DNA of 64,000 bases, from assembly GCA_963750735.1 (NCBI GenBank), contig CAVVRY010000016.1, positions 79,724-143,723 on the forward strand, read 5' to 3'. The translations under genes were made by a program, and so were the position numbers. This DNA is from an uncultured Bacteroidales bacterium. Its GTDB lineage: Bacteria > Bacteroidota > Bacteroidia > Bacteroidales > VadinHA17. Shown one piece after another: positions 59,692 to 64,000 of this stretch (its first letter is position 1; every line of letters starts with the position of its first letter). The notes under the pieces were generated by a model. The model had not been told where the DNA came from and did not search any database. It worked only from the letters and a program-made list of their open reading frames with translations.

Positions 59692-60837
59692 ATGATTGAT
59701 TTTAGTCTTACAAAAGAACAGGAAGGGATAATTGAGCAGTATCGGGACTTTTCCGATCGCTACATAGTACCAAATCGCCTGAAATATGATGACCTTGCAG
59801 AGTTCCCATGGGAAATAGTGAAAGCAGCCTATGCTGAAGGCATAATGAATGGTCCGATGCCAATTGAATATGGCGGTCATAATCACAGTTTGTTAGATGG
59901 AGCTCTGGCCTCAGAGGAATTGGGTGCCGGCTGTGTGGGAATTGGAATATGCATAGATGCAAACACGCTGGCATTGACACCTCTCTATTTGGCAGCAGAT
60001 GATGAGCAGAAAAAGAAATTCTTTGGCCAAATAAATGAACAAAAGGCTGTTGCCGCCTATGGATTGACTGAGCCAAATGCTGGGTCAGATGTCCAGGGAA
60101 TAAAAACAACTGCCTTGAAAAAGGGAGATAAATATATTGTAAATGGGCACAAGCGTTTTATAACCAATGCAGAAGCATCAACATTTATTACGGTGTTTGC
60201 CTTAACCGATCCCGAAAAAGGGTCGCGGAGTCTCACTGCATTTCTGATTCCTCCAGATACTCCCGGGGTTGAAATCAAACCCCGTTTGAAGAAAATGGGT
60301 CAAAAGGCCTCTGTTCAAAATGAAATTATTTTTACAGATGTTGAAGTTCCTGAAGGTAACAGGATAGGAGGGGAAGGATATGGCTTTATAATTGCTATGA
60401 AAACCTTTGACCGAACGCGTACAGGAGTGGCTGCCTTAAGCCTGGGGAATGCCAGGGCAGCTTATGAAATAGCCAAGGAGTGGACTAAAAACCGAAAGCA
60501 GTTTGGTAAGCCCATAGCCGCAAATCAAGCCATAGGATTCATGTTGGCCGACATGGCAACCAAAATTGAAACAGCCAGGTTGATTACCTGGTATGCAGCC
60601 TGGGCTTATGACTTTGATAAGAAAAAGTTAAATAAACTTTCAGCTATGTCGAAATTATATGCCTCAGATATTGGTATGGAAGTTACTACAGATGCGGTTC
60701 AGGCTATGGGCGGTGATGGATATACATGGGATTTTGCCGTAGAGAAAATGATGAGAGATGCCAAACTATGCCAGATATATGAGGGTACCAATCAGATTCA
60801 GCGTCTGGTAATTTCGAAGAGTATTCTTAAAGAATAA
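59692..60837 (+). CDS. acyl-CoA dehydrogenase
   Basis: YGLTEPNAGSD, the C-terminal QIYEGTNQIQRLVI, 381 aa. Confidence 0.9.
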   Translation: MIDFSLTKEQEGIIEQYRDFSDRYIVPNRLKYDDLAEFPWEIVKAAYAEGIMNGPMPIEYGGHNHSLLDGALASEELGAGCVGIGICIDANTLALTPLYLAADDEQKKKFFGQINEQKAVAAYGLTEPNAGSDVQGIKTTALKKGDKYIVNGHKRFITNAEASTFITVFALTDPEKGSRSLTAFLIPPDTPGVEIKPRLKKMGQKASVQNEIIFTDVEVPEGNRIGGEGYGFIIAMKTFDRTRTGVAALSLGNARAAYEIAKEWTKNRKQFGKPIAANQAIGFMLADMATKIETARLITWYAAWAYDFDKKKLNKLSAMSKLYASDIGMEVTTDAVQAMGGDGYTWDFAVEKMMRDAKLCQIYEGTNQIQRLVISKSILKE

Positions 60838-60873
60838 GGTAATCTTACTTCCTCCGATTTTAAATCAACTACC

Positions 60874-61293
60874 ATGGCAGGATCCAATATCAGGCCGGAT
60901 GAGAAGAAATTGCGTAAAAAAATAGTATTTGTCGTAGGACTTATGCTGTTTATTTCATTCTTACATATCATCAATATCAAGAGTTTTCTAAACTCAAAGT
61001 TGTACATTTATTATACCAGTTTTTTTTCTGATTTGTTGCTTCCATTTGGTGTATATTTTCTAATTGCAATGAATGACTGGCGCTACCCGGTTTTGCAGAA
61101 ATGGTGGGTCAAAGCATTACTAACCTTCAGCATCCCTACCTTTGCTGAAATCCTTCAGTCATTTGGCATTTATGCACTTGGTAGTACTTTTGATCCCTTA
61201 GATATATTAATGTATGGAATTGGGGTGATAGTGGCTGTTTTGCTTGAGAAACTTGTTTTTGAGCCTTATTTTTCTTTCTGGAAATTATATTAA
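60874..61293 (+). CDS. small membrane protein (possibly DUF2809-like)
   Basis: Four hydrophobic helices, and GSTFDPLDILMYGIG near the C-terminus. The family guess is from memory. Confidence 0.45.
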   Translation: MAGSNIRPDEKKLRKKIVFVVGLMLFISFLHIINIKSFLNSKLYIYYTSFFSDLLLPFGVYFLIAMNDWRYPVLQKWWVKALLTFSIPTFAEILQSFGIYALGSTFDPLDILMYGIGVIVAVLLEKLVFEPYFSFWKLY

Positions 61294-61312
61294 ATGCTAA
61301 AAATCATCCAGA

Positions 61313-63760
61313 TTAGAAAGTAGCAGTAAGTTTTAGATTAATTCGTCTGGATGTCAGGTAATTGGGAACTGCAAATTGTCCCACCTGGCCACTCAAATTG
61401 TTCACTGTGGTAATCCAGGTATAGGATATTGTATTGTTTATACCCAAAAGGTTGAAAACCTCAAAACTTATCCATGCAGTTTGGAAAGATTTAAACAATC
61501 CCCTCTCACCAATAATGGAGTTTTCATCTTTTAGGATTTTGGAAATTCCAATGTCAAAACGACGATAAGGAGGCATGCGGAAATAATTTTCACCTGATTC
61601 TGCAGTGGGCGGACTGGTTGGTAATCCGGTTCCATAGTGAAGACTCATATACACTTTAAAGGTGGGATTGCTGGGAAAATAATCCTGGAAAAACAGGCTG
61701 AAATTCAACAATCGATCAGTCGGTCGGGGATAGTACCCTGAGGATCCTTCCTCACCATATTCATCCGTTAATTTTTCTCGGGTTTGAAGTAGAGAAAAAC
61801 TGGCCCATGATTCAACTCCTTTCACAAATTCGCCACTAATGTTGAAATCCAATCCAGCGGCATACCCTTTTGCATTGTTTTTACCAGAATAAATAATTCT
61901 GACGTTATCAATCTTATAGGGTATCAGGTGTGTTAGATTTTTATAGTACAAGCTCGATGAGAATTGAAAGGGTCTGTTCCATGCTTTAAAATTCCATATG
62001 GTACCTACCAGGAAGTGAGTTGATTTTTGGGCCTGTATGTTTTCATTGATTTGGCCGGCCGGATCAACAATCTCCTTGTAAAATGGAGGTTGATAATAAA
62101 AGCCAGTAGCAAAGAGAAAACGGAAGTCTTTTTCCCACCGCGGATCCAATACTACTGACAACCTTGGACTTACAAGAAACTGATTGCTGAAACTCCAGTA
62201 ATTGGTTCTAATACCTGCATCCAATTCCAGGTCAACCTTTTTTAAGTTGAAATCACGATTATACAAAACAAATGATGTAATCCGGCTGGAATATAGCTGG
62301 TTTTTAACATGAAGGGAATAAGCGAGATTCACTTCAGTTCCAGTATAGGGAATTGAGTATCCGGCCGAGTCAACCATTTTCCATTCATTCATCCTGTCAT
62401 CAACATCTTCATATTGAAATTTCAACCCCCAACTAAGTGATGATTCTTTATTTATATCCAGATTACCAGTATGTTTTAGGGCAATGACATCAGCAGTAAA
62501 GTAGTTTCTGGCATGATCAACAAATCGGCCAATACCTATATTCATTATACTGTCCCCCTGACTTTCTGATCCCAGTTCTTTATCGAGTTCATTCAATGAA
62601 TAGAAACCTTCAATGTCAAAAGTCTCCTCTTCATTTGTACGATAGGCACTTCCTGTGAACTGCAAAGATACCTTTTCAATAGGTTGGAATGTGGCTGAAA
62701 CAGCACCGAGGTAAGTGTTGAATTTGTCTGATTCCCAGCCATTAAACAGTACATTTAACTGCACGGCAGTACTGACTGTTCCAAATGATGTACTTCGGTC
62801 CTGAGGAATGAAGTTATAAGTATTTATGGTTATGTTACCCAGAAAATCCAATCGCCACTTTTCGTTTATCTTATAGGATAAATAGGTTTGAAAATCGCCA
62901 AAACGAGGTTTATAATCGCCTTTTACATCAAGACTTTTTAATAGATATTGATTGCTTTTATATCGTATACCGGCTATATAACTAAACTTACTATCTTTTG
63001 ATGTACCGCCAAGATAAAACGATCCACCCATAAAATTCAAATCAAAGCCACCACCAAATCGTGTAGGTTTTTTGTACTGTATATCAAGAACCGATGACAT
63101 TTTATCCCCATAACTGGCATTAAACCCTCCGGCAGAAAACTTTACAGAAGAAGCCAGATCGGGGTTTACAATGCTCAACCCTTCTTGTTCGCCTGAACGA
63201 ATCAGGTAAGGTTTATATACCTCAATACCATTAATATAAATAAGGTTTTCATCGAAGTTTCCTCCCCTTACCGAATATTGTGAACTTAACTCACTGGAGG
63301 AAGTAACCCCAGGTAGAGTAACAAGATAGGATTCTATACTGCCCGAAACAGTAGGTAGAATTTTTACTTCCTTCATATTAAGCTTTTCGAAACTTAAATC
63401 ACGGTCTCGTTCACCTTTGACACTTACTTCATCAAGTTCGCTTACTTCAATTTCTAGAACCACATTAATTGAAATTGAATCCAGGTTTGGTAGTGGTTTT
63501 GAAATCACCTGAGTTTTATATCCAATGAAGGAGTATACTATGCGAATGGTGTCTTTTCTAGGAATAATAAGGGTATATTTACCTCCTTCGGTAGTGGAGG
63601 TTCCTAAAACTGTGCCAGGTACTGCTACATCAGCGGGGACAAGGAAGTTGCCATTATAATCCGAAACCGTCCCGGTAACCACCAGTTTATTTTGTGCATA
63701 AGCACTGGAAAAAAATAACAACAGGAAAAGAAAAAGGGTAGGTTTTAGTATATGTTTCAT
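61313..63760 (-). CDS. TonB-dependent receptor with N-terminal carboxypeptidase-regulatory-like domain
   Basis: Signal peptide, a CarboxypepD_reg-like beta-sandwich (LVVTGTVSDYNGNFLVPADVAVPGT), a plug (SVRGGNFDENLIYINGIEVY), a long barrel and a terminal aromatic residue (LKLTATF). Confidence 0.85.
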   Translation of the reverse strand: MKHILKPTLFLFLLLFFSSAYAQNKLVVTGTVSDYNGNFLVPADVAVPGTVLGTSTTEGGKYTLIIPRKDTIRIVYSFIGYKTQVISKPLPNLDSISINVVLEIEVSELDEVSVKGERDRDLSFEKLNMKEVKILPTVSGSIESYLVTLPGVTSSSELSSQYSVRGGNFDENLIYINGIEVYKPYLIRSGEQEGLSIVNPDLASSVKFSAGGFNASYGDKMSSVLDIQYKKPTRFGGGFDLNFMGGSFYLGGTSKDSKFSYIAGIRYKSNQYLLKSLDVKGDYKPRFGDFQTYLSYKINEKWRLDFLGNITINTYNFIPQDRSTSFGTVSTAVQLNVLFNGWESDKFNTYLGAVSATFQPIEKVSLQFTGSAYRTNEEETFDIEGFYSLNELDKELGSESQGDSIMNIGIGRFVDHARNYFTADVIALKHTGNLDINKESSLSWGLKFQYEDVDDRMNEWKMVDSAGYSIPYTGTEVNLAYSLHVKNQLYSSRITSFVLYNRDFNLKKVDLELDAGIRTNYWSFSNQFLVSPRLSVVLDPRWEKDFRFLFATGFYYQPPFYKEIVDPAGQINENIQAQKSTHFLVGTIWNFKAWNRPFQFSSSLYYKNLTHLIPYKIDNVRIIYSGKNNAKGYAAGLDFNISGEFVKGVESWASFSLLQTREKLTDEYGEEGSSGYYPRPTDRLLNFSLFFQDYFPSNPTFKVYMSLHYGTGLPTSPPTAESGENYFRMPPYRRFDIGISKILKDENSIIGERGLFKSFQTAWISFEVFNLLGINNTISYTWITTVNNLSGQVGQFAVPNYLTSRRINLKLTATF

Positions 63761-63956
63761 CCGGATTTGAGACTTTCCACCTCAAAATAAACTATTTTTT
63801 TGACGTAAAATTGTTGTTTTGTAATAAAAGGAAGGGAATTGATAAAATATTATAGTAAATATACTGGATAAGGAATGTTTTCCGGCAGCGAAATTTGTCA
63901 CAAATAATCCGGTATATTTTAGTAATTCTTTCTACCTTGCTTTAAAAAATTAAAAA

Positions 63957-64000
63957 ATGACTAAACAAGTAGAGATAAGCCTGCCAGCTCACCCCAAAGG
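63957..64000 (+). CDS. 5' end of a gene truncated by the window edge (possibly YjbQ family)
   Basis: ATG at 63957, MTKQVEISLPAHPK.... This resembles the start of YjbQ-type proteins (xxQxExxLxxxxRGFH), but only 14 codons are visible. Confidence 0.3.
   Translation, partial: MTKQVEISLPAHPK

Noticed and set aside
63864-63890. ctggataa...ccggcagcg resembles the P4/P5 part of a TPP riboswitch (CUGGAUAAUGCCAGCG), upstream of a possible YjbQ gene
   Set aside because: The CUGAGA element at the proper distance, the G-rich P2 strand and the downstream AGGGA are all missing. Only a partial hairpin matches.
1-64000. Search by eye for tRNA/rRNA genes, CRISPR arrays, transposase or integrase genes, phage modules, and toxin-antitoxin or known defence-system genes
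   Set aside because: No intergenic gap exceeds about 270 nt. None contains T-loop-like GTTCGAATC motifs or regularly spaced repeats, and no ORF shows DDE, tyrosine-recombinase, reverse-transcriptase or nuclease signatures.

Overview
AT-rich 64-kb chromosomal segment that reads as Bacteroidota: it has a T9SS type-A sorting domain, a CarboxypepD_reg-type TonB-dependent receptor, TAnnTTTG -7 promoter boxes and many lipoprotein or secreted proteins. The organism is probably an anaerobe or microaerophile, given an HdrA/QmoC-like module, rubrerythrin, a flavin-rubredoxin and a Tat-exported FeS aldo-keto reductase. I call about 60 protein genes. They include an envelope/lipid-A-type modification operon (PAP2, GT-C, GT2), DPP-IV, rocD, scattered glycan-active enzymes (GH2, GH78, a BNR/sortilin-like protein, an FAD oxidoreductase) and a complete TetR-TolC-HlyD-ABC2 efflux locus. 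They also include an oxidative-stress pair (Hrb, Rbr), and zwf-pgl followed by two unusual Rieske-fusion redox enzymes. I found no rRNA, tRNA, CRISPR array, transposase, integrase or phage gene. Two things stand out. First, the co-directional array at 49.9-57.3 kb carries a Rieske::GltB-domain enzyme, a CxxC mini-ORF, a Rieske::PoxB-like TPP enzyme and an aminotransferase; I could not assign it to any pathway I know. Second, there is a heavy and clustered load of single-base frame disruptions: 18 by my reading, 15 of them one extra base, plus one in-frame TGA. These break 12 loci (11 conserved genes and one gene remnant). They are most simply consensus errors but could be recent pseudogenisation. 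All family assignments come from motifs read in the translations and from memory of family consensus; no database search was run.
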